DNA of 64,000 bases from an uncultured Acetatifactor sp. (lineage in GTDB: Bacteria; Bacillota; Clostridia; Lachnospirales; Lachnospiraceae). Below the pieces are notes generated by a model. The model ran no database searches. It saw only the letters and a list, made by a program, of their open reading frames with translations, and was not told the origin of the DNA. The stretch is taken from the NCBI GenBank assembly GCA_934426825.1, contig CAKRYI010000011.1:5302-69301 (forward strand), given 5' to 3'. The position numbers and the translations under genes are program-made. Below, piece by piece: positions 47,771 through 57,502 of this stretch (within the stretch, counting starts at the first letter, position 1; each line of letters starts with the position of its first letter).

Positions 47771-48940
47771 ATGGGATTTTTAGGCAGATTATTTGGAAAA
47801 AAGAAACGGGCGCAGGCTGAGGAAGAAAACTGGGAACAGATTGTATATGCCAGAGACGAAGTGGATTTCAAGGATGAGGAGCAGAGAAGCCGGTATATCA
47901 CCAACTGTTTGGAGCAGATGGCGGAAGCCTTGAAGGAAATGAATCTTCTCATGGGCGAGTATTCTCTGGTAACGTCCTATCTGACGGATATGGAAGAGAT
48001 TGAGGCGCTTGGAGAGAGCGAGCGGGAGGAGATTGACATGCTTGCCCGCCGTCTGGACGCGCTGGAAGGCGAGCGGGAGAGATACCGCGGCAGAAGCGTG
48101 CGCATGAAGGACGCAGAATATGACCATATGCGCAAGCAGGAGAACGAGATAGAGGAAGGAATCAAGAGAATCCGCAAGGAGGAGCAGTACGGGGAACTGG
48201 TCAAGCGGGATTTGGGACGGCTGGACAGGGAGCGCCACGCCTATGAATACCGCAGGGAAGAACTGGGAACCATTCAGACCAATCTGCGGGGAATGGCGCT
48301 TATTTTTCTGGTTGCACTGATTATCTGCCTGATTATGCTTGCTATTTTGCAGTTCGCGTTTGGAATGAACACTTACGTGGGATATTTCCTCTCTGTGATA
48401 GCGGCGGCAATCGCCATTACGGTTTTGTGTGTCAAATATATGGATGCGGACAGGGAGTACGGAAAGGTTCAGAACGCTATCCGCAAGCTGATTCAGTTAC
48501 AGAACAAGGTCAAAATCCGCTATGTCAATAATGTGCATCTGCTGGATTATCTCTATATGAAATACAATACGGACAGCGGCGACAGACTGGAAAAGAGATG
48601 GCAGATTTACCAGCAGGAAAAGGAAGAGAGAAAGCAGTATGCCGAGGCGGAGGCAAAGACGGACTATTACAGCAGACAGCTGGTGGAGAAGCTGTCCAAT
48701 TACCGGGTGGCGGACCCCGGACGCTGGGTGCATCAGGCAAAGGCACTGTTGGATAAGAGGGAAATGGTGGAGATTCGCCACGAACTGATTCAGCGCAGGC
48801 AGGCTTTGAGAAAACAGATGGATTACAATAAAGATGTGGCGGCAACCGCAAAAAATGAAATTATGGATGTGGCTAACCAGTATCCCGCCTATGCAAAAGA
48901 AATTCTGGACATGGTAGACCGCTATGACAGTGGGATATAG
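47771..48940 (+). CDS. Membrane protein with two central TM helices flanked by long coiled-coil segments (389 aa)
   Basis: SD AGGAGA before the ATG. Charged coiled-coil N-terminus (…EALGESEREEIDMLARRLDALEGERERYRG…), then TM1 ALIFLVALIICLIMLAILQFAF and TM2 YFLSVIAAAIAITVLCV, then a C-terminal coiled coil. Confidence 0.6.
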   Translation: MGFLGRLFGKKKRAQAEEENWEQIVYARDEVDFKDEEQRSRYITNCLEQMAEALKEMNLLMGEYSLVTSYLTDMEEIEALGESEREEIDMLARRLDALEGERERYRGRSVRMKDAEYDHMRKQENEIEEGIKRIRKEEQYGELVKRDLGRLDRERHAYEYRREELGTIQTNLRGMALIFLVALIICLIMLAILQFAFGMNTYVGYFLSVIAAAIAITVLCVKYMDADREYGKVQNAIRKLIQLQNKVKIRYVNNVHLLDYLYMKYNTDSGDRLEKRWQIYQQEKEERKQYAEAEAKTDYYSRQLVEKLSNYRVADPGRWVHQAKALLDKREMVEIRHELIQRRQALRKQMDYNKDVAATAKNEIMDVANQYPAYAKEILDMVDRYDSGI

Positions 48941-49074
48941 CTGATTTTCCCAAAGCGGGAAAGGGCATATTCTGAAAAAGGGATTGATTTTTTTTGTCAA
49001 ATCTGTTTATCTATTTAGTGGAATGTTTTTATATTCAGATACAGCGCGTGGTGTAGCGCAGAAATGAGGAGAAT

Positions 49075-49956
49075 ATGAGTATGCAGGAATTGAAACCAAT
49101 CAAAGAAGGCAAGGTACGCGAAATTTATGACAATGGAGACAGCCTGATTATGGTGGCAACTGACAGAATCAGTTGTTTCGACGTGATTCTGAAAAACATT
49201 GTGACCAAAAAGGGAACGGTTCTGACCCAGATGTCCAAGTTTTGGTTTGACTTGACAAGCGACATCATTCCCAACCACATGATTTCCGTAGATGTAAAGG
49301 ATATGCCTGAATTTTTCAGACAGCCGAAATTCGACGGCAACAGCATGATGTGCAGAAAGCTGAATATGCTTCCCATCGAGTGCATTGTCCGTGGATACAT
49401 AACCGGAAGCGGCTGGGCAAGCTATCAGGAAAACGGAACGGTATGCGGAATCAGACTTCCCGAAGGATTGAAAGAATCCGATAAGCTGCCGGAGCCTATT
49501 TATACCCCTTCCACAAAGGCAGAGATTGGCGACCATGACGAAAATATTTCCTATGAGCAGAGTGTGGAGTATTTGGAAAAGCGCTTCCCCGGAAAGGGTG
49601 AGGAGTATGCGGCAAAGCTGCGCGATTACACCATTGCTATCTATAAAAAATGTGCGGACTATGCTTTGACGAAGGGTATCATTATTGCAGATACCAAGTT
49701 TGAGTTTGGCTTGGACGAGGACGGAAACATTGTTCTCGGTGACGAGGTGCTGACACCCGACAGTTCCCGTTTCTGGCCGGTAGAGGGCTATGAACCCGGA
49801 CACGGACAGCCTTCCTTTGACAAGCAGTTCGCCCGTGACTGGCTGAAAGCAAATCCCGGAAACAACTGGGAGCTGCCGGAGGAAATTGTACAGAAGACAA
49901 TCGACAAATATCTTCAGGCATATGAACTTCTGACCGGCAAAAAGATTTCTCTGTAA
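49075..49956 (+). CDS. purC: Phosphoribosylaminoimidazole-succinocarboxamide synthase
   Basis: ELKPIKEGKVREIYDNGDSLIMVATDRISCFDVIL… is the SAICAR synthetase N-terminus. About 290 aa (long form). SD GAGGAG. Confidence 0.9.
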   Translation: MSMQELKPIKEGKVREIYDNGDSLIMVATDRISCFDVILKNIVTKKGTVLTQMSKFWFDLTSDIIPNHMISVDVKDMPEFFRQPKFDGNSMMCRKLNMLPIECIVRGYITGSGWASYQENGTVCGIRLPEGLKESDKLPEPIYTPSTKAEIGDHDENISYEQSVEYLEKRFPGKGEEYAAKLRDYTIAIYKKCADYALTKGIIIADTKFEFGLDEDGNIVLGDEVLTPDSSRFWPVEGYEPGHGQPSFDKQFARDWLKANPGNNWELPEEIVQKTIDKYLQAYELLTGKKISL

Positions 49957-50011
49957 ATAAGAAATGTAACTTCATTAAGATGGACAAAGGCGTCCGAACC
50001 CGAAGGGATTC

Positions 50012-51544
50012 GTGCGCCCTTTGCCCGGATATGAATATGGGTGGTACGATGTATCGGGAGAGGACTTTCGGATTTGGGAAAGGTATGGTAAATCAGTGAC
50101 CGAAAATATCTATATTCAAACAGAAAACAACGATAAACTTAAGGAAGAATGCGGCGTCTTCGGTGTGTACGATTTTGACGGAAAAGATGTGGCATCCACC
50201 ATATACTACGGTCTTCTGGCATTACAGCACAGAGGACAGGAAAGCTGCGGTATCGCAGTCAGCGATACAAGCGGCCCGAAAGGGAAAGTGCTGAGCAGCA
50301 AGGATATGGGACTGGTGAACGAGGCATTCACCCCGGAGCATCTGGAGAAATTAAAAGGCAACATCGGCGTTGGGCATGTGCGGTATTCCACGGCAGGCGG
50401 TTCTACCAGAGAAAATGCCCAGCCCTTAGTCATTAATTATGTAAAAGGGGCGCTGGGACTGGCACACAACGGAAACTTGATTAATACACCCGAACTACGG
50501 CAGGAGCTTGCCTATACGGGCGCTATTTTCCAGACAACCATTGACTCGGAGGTTATTGCCTATTATATCGCCAGAGAACGATTGAACAGCAAATCCGTTG
50601 AGGAGGCTGTCGGACGTACCATGGGCAAAATCAAGGGTGCGTACTCTCTGGTAATTATGTCTCCGAGAAAGTTAATCGGAGCGAGAGACCCCTACGGCTT
50701 CAAACCTCTTTGTATCGGAAAGCGGGACAACACGTATCTCTTGGCAAGCGAAAGCTGCGCACTGGATACGGTGGGAGCTACTTTTGTCAGGGATGTGCTG
50801 CCGGGCGAAATCGTAACCATTTCGCCGGACAAGGGAATCCAGTCGGATATGAGCCATGCGCTGAAACCCGAACAGGTGGCGCGCTGTGTATTCGAGTATA
50901 TCTATTTTGCAAGACCCGACAGTATCATTGACGGGGTCAGTGTCTATCATTCCCGCATTATGGCGGGGAAATACCTTGCCATGGATTCACCGGTGGACGC
51001 CGATTTGGTGGTGGGAGTACCGGAGTCCGGAAACTGTGCCGCACTGGGATATTCCTTACAGTCCGGCATTCCCTACGGAACGGCTTTTGTAAAAAATGCC
51101 TATGTAGGACGAACCTTTATCAAACCCAAGCAAAAAGCGCGGGAGAGCAGTGTGCAGGTCAAATTAAATCCCATTCGTGAGGCGGTGGAGGGAAAACGTA
51201 TCATTATGATAGATGATTCCATTGTCCGGGGAACGACCTCGGACCGCATTGTGCGGATGCTTCGGGAGGCAGGAGCGAAGGAAGTGCATATGAGGGTCAG
51301 CTCGCCGCCCTTTTTATGGCCCTGCTATTTTGGTACGGATGTACCGGCGAGAGAGCAGTTGATTGCGTATAACCGGACCATTCAGGAAATCGGTGATATT
51401 ATCGGAACGGATTCGCTGGATTATCTGAGAGTGGAAAGACTTGAGGAGATTGTAAACGGTCTGGGTATCTGCAAGGGGTGCTTTACGGGAAAATATCCCA
51501 TGGAGCCTCCGAAAGAAGATATTCGCGGTGAATTTGAAAAATAA
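50012..51544 (+). CDS. purF: Amidophosphoribosyltransferase with N-terminal propeptide. The true start is probably the GTG at 50096.
   Basis: …KLKEECGVFGVYDF… matches the B. subtilis PurF propeptide junction (…GLNEECGVFGIW…). The Ntn Cys follows. PRTase motif IIMIDDSIVRGTT. The ORF-track ATG at 50012 lacks an SD. The GTG at 50096 has GGAAAGG upstream. Confidence 0.85.
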   Translation: MRPLPGYEYGWYDVSGEDFRIWERYGKSVTENIYIQTENNDKLKEECGVFGVYDFDGKDVASTIYYGLLALQHRGQESCGIAVSDTSGPKGKVLSSKDMGLVNEAFTPEHLEKLKGNIGVGHVRYSTAGGSTRENAQPLVINYVKGALGLAHNGNLINTPELRQELAYTGAIFQTTIDSEVIAYYIARERLNSKSVEEAVGRTMGKIKGAYSLVIMSPRKLIGARDPYGFKPLCIGKRDNTYLLASESCALDTVGATFVRDVLPGEIVTISPDKGIQSDMSHALKPEQVARCVFEYIYFARPDSIIDGVSVYHSRIMAGKYLAMDSPVDADLVVGVPESGNCAALGYSLQSGIPYGTAFVKNAYVGRTFIKPKQKARESSVQVKLNPIREAVEGKRIIMIDDSIVRGTTSDRIVRMLREAGAKEVHMRVSSPPFLWPCYFGTDVPAREQLIAYNRTIQEIGDIIGTDSLDYLRVERLEEIVNGLGICKGCFTGKYPMEPPKEDIRGEFEK

Positions 51545-51563
51545 AAAATGAGGAGAACGGAAA

Positions 51564-53015
51564 ATGAGTACAGACAGATATGTAAGCCCTTTATCAGAGA
51601 GATATGCCAGCAAGGAAATGCAGTATATTTTCTCCCCGGACATGAAATTCCGTACATGGAGAAAATTGTGGATTGCATTGGCTGAGACGGAGAAGGAACT
51701 GGGATTGTCCCAGAACGGAAAGCCTGTCATTACGGATGAGCAGATTGAAGAACTGAAAGCGCATGCGGAGGACATTAATTATGAGGTGGCAAAGGCTCGC
51801 GAGAAAGAGGTTCGTCATGATGTCATGAGCCATGTGTATGCTTACGGACAGCAGTGCCCCAAGGCAGCGGGAATCATTCACTTAGGTGCAACCTCCTGTT
51901 ATGTGGGAGACAATACGGACATTATCGTTATGACGGAAGCACTGAGACTGGTGAAAAAGAAGCTGATTAACGTAATGAAGGAACTGGCGGATTTCGCTGA
52001 CAAGTATAAGGCACAGCCCACACTGGCATTTACTCATTTTCAGCCTGCACAGCCTACCACGGTAGGAAAAAGAGCGACACTGTGGTTACAGGAGTTCTCT
52101 TTGGATTTGGAAGATTTAAATCATGTTCTTGACAATATGAAGCTGCTCGGTTCCAAGGGAACCACCGGCACACAGGCGTCTTTTTTAGAGCTCTTTAACG
52201 GAGATCAGGAGACCATTGATAAGATTGACCCCATGATTGCCGCAAAGATGGGCTTTAAGGAGTGCTATCCCGTGTCCGGACAGACCTATTCCAGAAAGGT
52301 TGATACAAGAGTAGCAAATGTTCTGGCGGGAATTGCGGCTTCCGCACACAAAATGAGCAACGACATTCGTCTGCTGCAGCATTTGAAGGAAGTGGAGGAG
52401 CCGTTTGAAAAGAGCCAGATTGGTTCTTCTGCCATGGCTTACAAGAGAAACCCCATGAGAAGCGAGAGAATTGCTTCCCTGTCCAGATATGTGATGGTGG
52501 ATGCACTGAACCCTGCCATTACTTCCGCAACCCAGTGGTTTGAGAGAACTCTGGATGATTCCGCAAATAAGCGTCTGTCCATTCCTGAAGGATTTCTTGC
52601 CATTGACGGTATTCTGGATTTGTGCCTGAACGTGGTGGACGGACTGGTAGTATATCCCAAGGTAATTGAGAAACATATGATGAGTGAGCTGCCTTTTATG
52701 GCAACGGAAAATATTATGATGGATGCCGTGAAGATGGGCGGCAACCGTCAGGAGCTTCACGAGCGCATCCGCGAGCTTTCCATGGAAGCGGGACGCAATG
52801 TGAAGGTGGAAGGAAAGGACAACAACCTTTTGGAGCTGATTGCGGCAGACCCTGCTTTCAATATGTCTCTGGAAGATTTGAAGAAGAGCATGGAGCCTTC
52901 TAAATATATCGGACGTTCCAAGGAACAGGTGGACGCATTCCTTGCCAAAGTGATTCGCCCCATTTTGGAGGAGAACAAAGATTTACTGGGTGTAAAAGCA
53001 GAGATTAACGTTTAG
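51564..53015 (+). CDS. purB: Adenylosuccinate lyase
   Basis: MSTDRYVSPLSERYASKEMQYIFSPDMKFRTWRKLWIALAE… and the fumarate-lyase signature region (…GSSAMAYKRNPMRSE…). Confidence 0.92.
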   Translation: MSTDRYVSPLSERYASKEMQYIFSPDMKFRTWRKLWIALAETEKELGLSQNGKPVITDEQIEELKAHAEDINYEVAKAREKEVRHDVMSHVYAYGQQCPKAAGIIHLGATSCYVGDNTDIIVMTEALRLVKKKLINVMKELADFADKYKAQPTLAFTHFQPAQPTTVGKRATLWLQEFSLDLEDLNHVLDNMKLLGSKGTTGTQASFLELFNGDQETIDKIDPMIAAKMGFKECYPVSGQTYSRKVDTRVANVLAGIAASAHKMSNDIRLLQHLKEVEEPFEKSQIGSSAMAYKRNPMRSERIASLSRYVMVDALNPAITSATQWFERTLDDSANKRLSIPEGFLAIDGILDLCLNVVDGLVVYPKVIEKHMMSELPFMATENIMMDAVKMGGNRQELHERIRELSMEAGRNVKVEGKDNNLLELIAADPAFNMSLEDLKKSMEPSKYIGRSKEQVDAFLAKVIRPILEENKDLLGVKAEINV

Positions 53016-53028
53016 GAGAAGCAAAGAC

Positions 53029-54435
53029 ATGGGTGGTTTTTTTGGAGTGGCATCAAAGCAGGACTGCGTATTTGACCTGTTTTTCGGAACAGACTATCAT
53101 TCCCATTTAGGAACGAGACGTGCGGGAATGGCGGTTTACAGTAAGGAAGAGGGATACAACCGGGCAATTCACAATATTGAAAATGCCCCGTTCCGTACCA
53201 AATTTGACAAAGATGTAAATGAGATGCGGGGGAATTTCGGAATCGGCTGTATTTCGGATTATGAGCCCCAGCCCTTGATGGTGCGTTCCCATCACGGCAC
53301 CTTTGCCATCACGACGGTGGGAAAGATTAACAACATGGACGCCATTTTGAAGGATATTTTCGCGAAAGGCCACTCCCATTTTCTGGAGATGAGCGGCGGC
53401 GATATTAATGCTACGGAACTGGTGGCGGCAATCGTAAACCAGAAGGACAATCTGGTGGAAGGCTTGCAGTACGCACAGGAAATTATCGACGGTTCCATGA
53501 CCATTCTGATTATGACTCCCAAGGGGATTTATGCGGCGAGAGACAAAATGGGAAGGACACCGGTCGCCATTGGCAAAAAGGAGGGAGCATGCTGTGTTTC
53601 CTTCGAGAGCTTTGCTTACCTGAATCTGGGTTATACTCCGGTCAGGGAACTAGGACCCGGAGAAATTGTGGTGGTGGAGCCGGACGGAGTACATACGCTG
53701 GTGAACCCCGGAAAAGAAATGAAAATCTGTACGTTTTTGTGGGTTTACTACGGCTATCCGTCATCCTCCTACGAGGGTATCAGTGTAGAGCAGATGCGCT
53801 ATAACTGCGGTTCCCTGCTGGCGGAAAGAGACAATGTGAAGCCGGATATTGTGGCGGGAGTCCCCGATTCCGGAACAGCCCATGCCATCGGATACGCAAA
53901 CCGTTCGGGAATTCCGTTTTCCAGACCGTTTATCAAGTATACGCCGACCTGGCCGCGCTCCTTTATGCCGACCATTCAGACACAGAGAAATCTGATTGCC
54001 AAGATGAAACTGATTCCGGTACATGATTTGATTCAGGACAAGAGTCTGCTTCTGATAGACGACTCTATCGTGCGTGGAACCCAGCTTCGGGAGACTACGG
54101 AATTTTTGTATCAGAGCGGCGCAAAAGAGGTGCATATCCGCCCGGCATGTCCTCCGCTTTTGTACGGCTGTAAGTATCTGAACTTCTCCCGTTCCTCTTC
54201 CGAGATGGATTTGATTACCAGACGTGTCCTTAAGGAGATGGAGCAGGAGGGCAGACAGATTGATTTGAAGGATTACGTGAACCCGGATACCACGGAATAC
54301 GCAGAGATGGTGGAACGGATTGGAAAGCAGCTTAATTTCACCAGCCTGAGATTCAACCGTCTGGACGATATGATTGAATCTGTCGGAATCGGACGGGACA
54401 AACTGTGTACCTACTGCTGGGACGGCAGAGAATAA
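53029..54435 (+). CDS. PurF-like amidophosphoribosyltransferase-family paralogue (class II amidotransferase-like N-domain plus PRTase domain), function unclear
   Basis: PRTase motif LLLIDDSIVRGTQ and a C-rich C-terminus (CTYCWDG). The N-domain is only distantly GATase-II-like and begins MGGFFG rather than the Cys-first processed N-terminus. Inserted between purB and purA. Confidence 0.6.
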   Translation: MGGFFGVASKQDCVFDLFFGTDYHSHLGTRRAGMAVYSKEEGYNRAIHNIENAPFRTKFDKDVNEMRGNFGIGCISDYEPQPLMVRSHHGTFAITTVGKINNMDAILKDIFAKGHSHFLEMSGGDINATELVAAIVNQKDNLVEGLQYAQEIIDGSMTILIMTPKGIYAARDKMGRTPVAIGKKEGACCVSFESFAYLNLGYTPVRELGPGEIVVVEPDGVHTLVNPGKEMKICTFLWVYYGYPSSSYEGISVEQMRYNCGSLLAERDNVKPDIVAGVPDSGTAHAIGYANRSGIPFSRPFIKYTPTWPRSFMPTIQTQRNLIAKMKLIPVHDLIQDKSLLLIDDSIVRGTQLRETTEFLYQSGAKEVHIRPACPPLLYGCKYLNFSRSSSEMDLITRRVLKEMEQEGRQIDLKDYVNPDTTEYAEMVERIGKQLNFTSLRFNRLDDMIESVGIGRDKLCTYCWDGRE

Positions 54436-54610
54436 GACAACTTGAAATAAGTTAAATTTATAACACATATAAAATTTATTGAATTTACTTATGAATACAA
54501 ATGTTGTATAGTATAGTAAGAGATGCGGTTACGGAGAAAACACAGAATTTCCGCAGACTGTACAAAATATGTGTTTCTACCGCGTCCTGCGGTAAAGAAT
54601 GGAGGATAAA

Positions 54611-55903
54611 ATGGTTAAAGCAGTTGTAGGCGCTAACTGGGGTGACGAAGGAAAGGGTAAGATTACAGATATGATGGCTGAGAAAGCGGACATTATTGTG
54701 CGTTTTCAGGGCGGTGCCAATGCAGGTCATACCATTGTAAACAATTACGGTAAATTTGCACTTCATACACTTCCTTCCGGTGTGTTTTATAATCATACCA
54801 CCAGCATTATCGGTAACGGCGTGGCATTGAATATTCCTTTGCTTTTCAAGGAAATTAAGTCTATCACGGACAGAAATGTTCCCATGCCCAAGATCCTGGT
54901 GTCTGACCGTGCCCAGATTGTAATGCCCTATCATATTCTCTTTGACCAGTATGAGGAGGAGAGACTGGGAGGCAAATCCTTTGGCTCCACGAAGTCGGGA
55001 ATTGCTCCTTTCTACTCTGATAAATATGCAAAAATCGGTTTCCAGGTGAGTGAACTTTTTGACGAGGAATTGTTAAAAGAAAAGGTAGAGCGTGTCAGCC
55101 AGACCAAGAACGTGCTGTTAGAGCATTTGTATCACAAGCCCCTGATTGACACTGCAGAACTTTTGAATACCCTGCATGAATACCGTGACATGGTAGCTCC
55201 TTATGTGTGCGACGTTTCCGCATTTTTGGATAAGGCATTGAAGGAGGGCAAGACAGTTCTCTTAGAGGGACAGCTCGGAACCATGAAAGACCCTGACCAC
55301 GGAATTTATCCCATGGTTACTTCTTCCTCCACCTTGGCAGCATACGGTGCCATTGGTGCTGGACTTCCTCCTTATGAAATCAAGGAGATTGTAACGGTAT
55401 GTAAGGCATATTCTTCCGCAGTGGGAGCAGGTGCGTTTGTATCGGAAATCTTCGGAGAGGAAGCAGATGAGCTGCGCCGCCGCGGTGGTGATGGCGGAGA
55501 GTACGGTGCAACCACAGGACGTCCCAGACGTATGGGCTGGTTTGACTGTGTGGCTTCCAAATATGGCTGCCGTTTGCAGGGAGCAACGGACGTGGCATTT
55601 ACGGTGCTGGATGCACTCGGTTATCTGGACGAAATCCCGGTATGTGTCGGTTACGAGATTGACGGTGAGGTGACAACCGATTTCCCTGTTACTTATAAAC
55701 TGGAAAAAGCAAAGCCGGTTCTGAAAAAACTGCCCGGATGGAAATGTGACATCAGAGGCATTAAGAACTACGACGAATTGCCTGAGAACTGCAGAAAGTA
55801 TGTTGAGTTCGTGGAAGAGCAGATTGGTTATCCCATTACCATGGTGAGCAACGGTCCCGGACGTGACGACATTATTTACAGAGAAAGTCCTTTGAAAAAA
55901 TAA
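54611..55903 (+). CDS. purA: Adenylosuccinate synthetase
   Basis: MVKAVVGANWGDEGKGKITD…GGANAGHT is the P-loop signature of AdSS. The ATG at 54611 has GGAGGA 6 nt upstream. The ORF-track start at 54599 is also possible. Confidence 0.92.
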   Translation: MVKAVVGANWGDEGKGKITDMMAEKADIIVRFQGGANAGHTIVNNYGKFALHTLPSGVFYNHTTSIIGNGVALNIPLLFKEIKSITDRNVPMPKILVSDRAQIVMPYHILFDQYEEERLGGKSFGSTKSGIAPFYSDKYAKIGFQVSELFDEELLKEKVERVSQTKNVLLEHLYHKPLIDTAELLNTLHEYRDMVAPYVCDVSAFLDKALKEGKTVLLEGQLGTMKDPDHGIYPMVTSSSTLAAYGAIGAGLPPYEIKEIVTVCKAYSSAVGAGAFVSEIFGEEADELRRRGGDGGEYGATTGRPRRMGWFDCVASKYGCRLQGATDVAFTVLDALGYLDEIPVCVGYEIDGEVTTDFPVTYKLEKAKPVLKKLPGWKCDIRGIKNYDELPENCRKYVEFVEEQIGYPITMVSNGPGRDDIIYRESPLKK

Positions 55904-55961
55904 TGTGAGAGTGATACCCCTTCGCTGATGCGGCGGGGTATCTTGTGTATTACGGGAGGAA

Positions 55962-56870
55962 ATGTCTGTGATTATCAGCAATCTGGAATATTTCAAAGTC
56001 TTTTATTATGTGGCGGGACTTGGAAGTGTGACAAAGGCGGCGGAGGAGCTTGCGGTTTCACAGCCGGCGGTCAGTCAGGCATTGAAACAATTAGAAAAAC
56101 AAATGGGGGTTCCCCTGCTTTATCGCGCATCCAGAGGAATCCGGCTCACAGGGGAAGGACAGCTTCTTTACGATTATGTGCGACAGGGCTATGAACAGAT
56201 GGAACTGGGTGTGAAAAAGGTTCGGGAAATGCAGAATTTGGAGTCCGGGGAAATCCGCATTGGCGCCAGTGATATGACGCTGCAGTATTATCTGCTCCCG
56301 TATCTGGAACAGTTCCACGAAAAGTATCCGGCAATCAAAGTGACGGTGACAAACGCACCTACACCGGAAACTTTAACGTTTCTGCGGGAGGGTAAGATTG
56401 ATTTTGGAGTGGTAAGTACCCCATTTTCGGAGGCGGAGGGACTTAAGGTGACGCCTGTCCGGGAAATTGAGGACGTGTTTGTGGCGGGGCGGCGTTTCCT
56501 TCCCTATAAAAACAGGACGCTGGATTTTCAGGAACTGGAAAAGCTGCCGCTTATCTGTCTGGAACACAATACCAGCACAAGGCGCTATATGGACGAATTT
56601 CTTTCGCAGAACGGCGTGGAGATTCAGCCGGAGTTTGAACTGGCAACCAGTGATATGATTGTGCAGTTTGCCCTCCGCTCACTGGGGGTGGGAAGCGTGG
56701 TAAAGGATTTTGCCAAGGAATATGTGGAGTCGGGACTGCTGTTTGAACTTCGCTTTAATAAAATGATCCCCAAACGACAATTCTGTGTAGTGGAAAATAC
56801 GAAGGTGCCCTTGTCGGCGGCTTCAGCGAAGCTGTTGGAGATTATGGAACTTGCCGGAAAACAGGGGTAG
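55962..56870 (+). CDS. LysR-family transcriptional regulator
   Basis: N-terminal HTH LEYFKVFYYVAGLGSVTKAAEELAVSQPAVSQALKQLE plus a substrate-binding-domain-size C-terminus. Confidence 0.85.
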   Translation: MSVIISNLEYFKVFYYVAGLGSVTKAAEELAVSQPAVSQALKQLEKQMGVPLLYRASRGIRLTGEGQLLYDYVRQGYEQMELGVKKVREMQNLESGEIRIGASDMTLQYYLLPYLEQFHEKYPAIKVTVTNAPTPETLTFLREGKIDFGVVSTPFSEAEGLKVTPVREIEDVFVAGRRFLPYKNRTLDFQELEKLPLICLEHNTSTRRYMDEFLSQNGVEIQPEFELATSDMIVQFALRSLGVGSVVKDFAKEYVESGLLFELRFNKMIPKRQFCVVENTKVPLSAASAKLLEIMELAGKQG

Positions 56871-56896
56871 AGGAAGAAGGAAAGGAAAAGAGTAAG

Positions 56897-57502
56897 ATGG
56901 CAATTAAAAATATAATTTTTGATATTGGAAATGTTCTGACGGATTTCAGGTGGAAGGAATTCCTGTTTGACAAAGGTTTTGATGAGGCAATGGTGGAGCG
57001 GATTGCCAAGGCTACCGTGTACAGCCCGGTCTGGTGTGAGTACGACAGGGGAGTGTGGACGGACGAACAGATTATGGACGGTTTTGTAAAGAATGACCCG
57101 GAAATCGGAGATAAGTTACATCGTGCTTTTGATGATTTTAAGGAACTGGTAACGATTCGGGAGTATGCAATTCCGTGGCTGAAAGAATTGAAAGCGAAAG
57201 GATATAAGCTGTTTTACCTGTCCAACTTTTCCCATAAAGCGGAAACGGAGTGCGCGGATTCTCTGGCGTTCATGCCCTGTATGGACGGCGGAATCCTGTC
57301 TTACCGGGATAAGCTGATTAAACCGGACGCCGCCATCTACGAACTGCTGTTATCCCGCTATGGACTGAAAGCGGAGGAGAGCGTTTTTCTGGACGATACG
57401 GCAGTCAATGCAGAGGCGGCAAGGCAGGTAGGGATTCATGCCATCTGTTTTAAGGGCAAAGAACAGGCGGAAAAGGAACTTGCGGATTTGGGCGTTATTT
57501 AA
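56897..57502 (+). CDS. HAD-superfamily hydrolase (subfamily IA-like phosphatase)
   Basis: Motif I IIFDIGNVL and a C-terminal Asp-containing motif (VFLDDTAVNAEAA). Confidence 0.75.
   Translation: MAIKNIIFDIGNVLTDFRWKEFLFDKGFDEAMVERIAKATVYSPVWCEYDRGVWTDEQIMDGFVKNDPEIGDKLHRAFDDFKELVTIREYAIPWLKELKAKGYKLFYLSNFSHKAETECADSLAFMPCMDGGILSYRDKLIKPDAAIYELLLSRYGLKAEESVFLDDTAVNAEAARQVGIHAICFKGKEQAEKELADLGVI

Noticed and set aside
48941-49074. Possible purine riboswitch or PurR box upstream of purC
   Set aside because: The 134-nt region lacks the purine-riboswitch conserved core (UAUA…GGAUAUGGCCC…) and any obvious PurBox.
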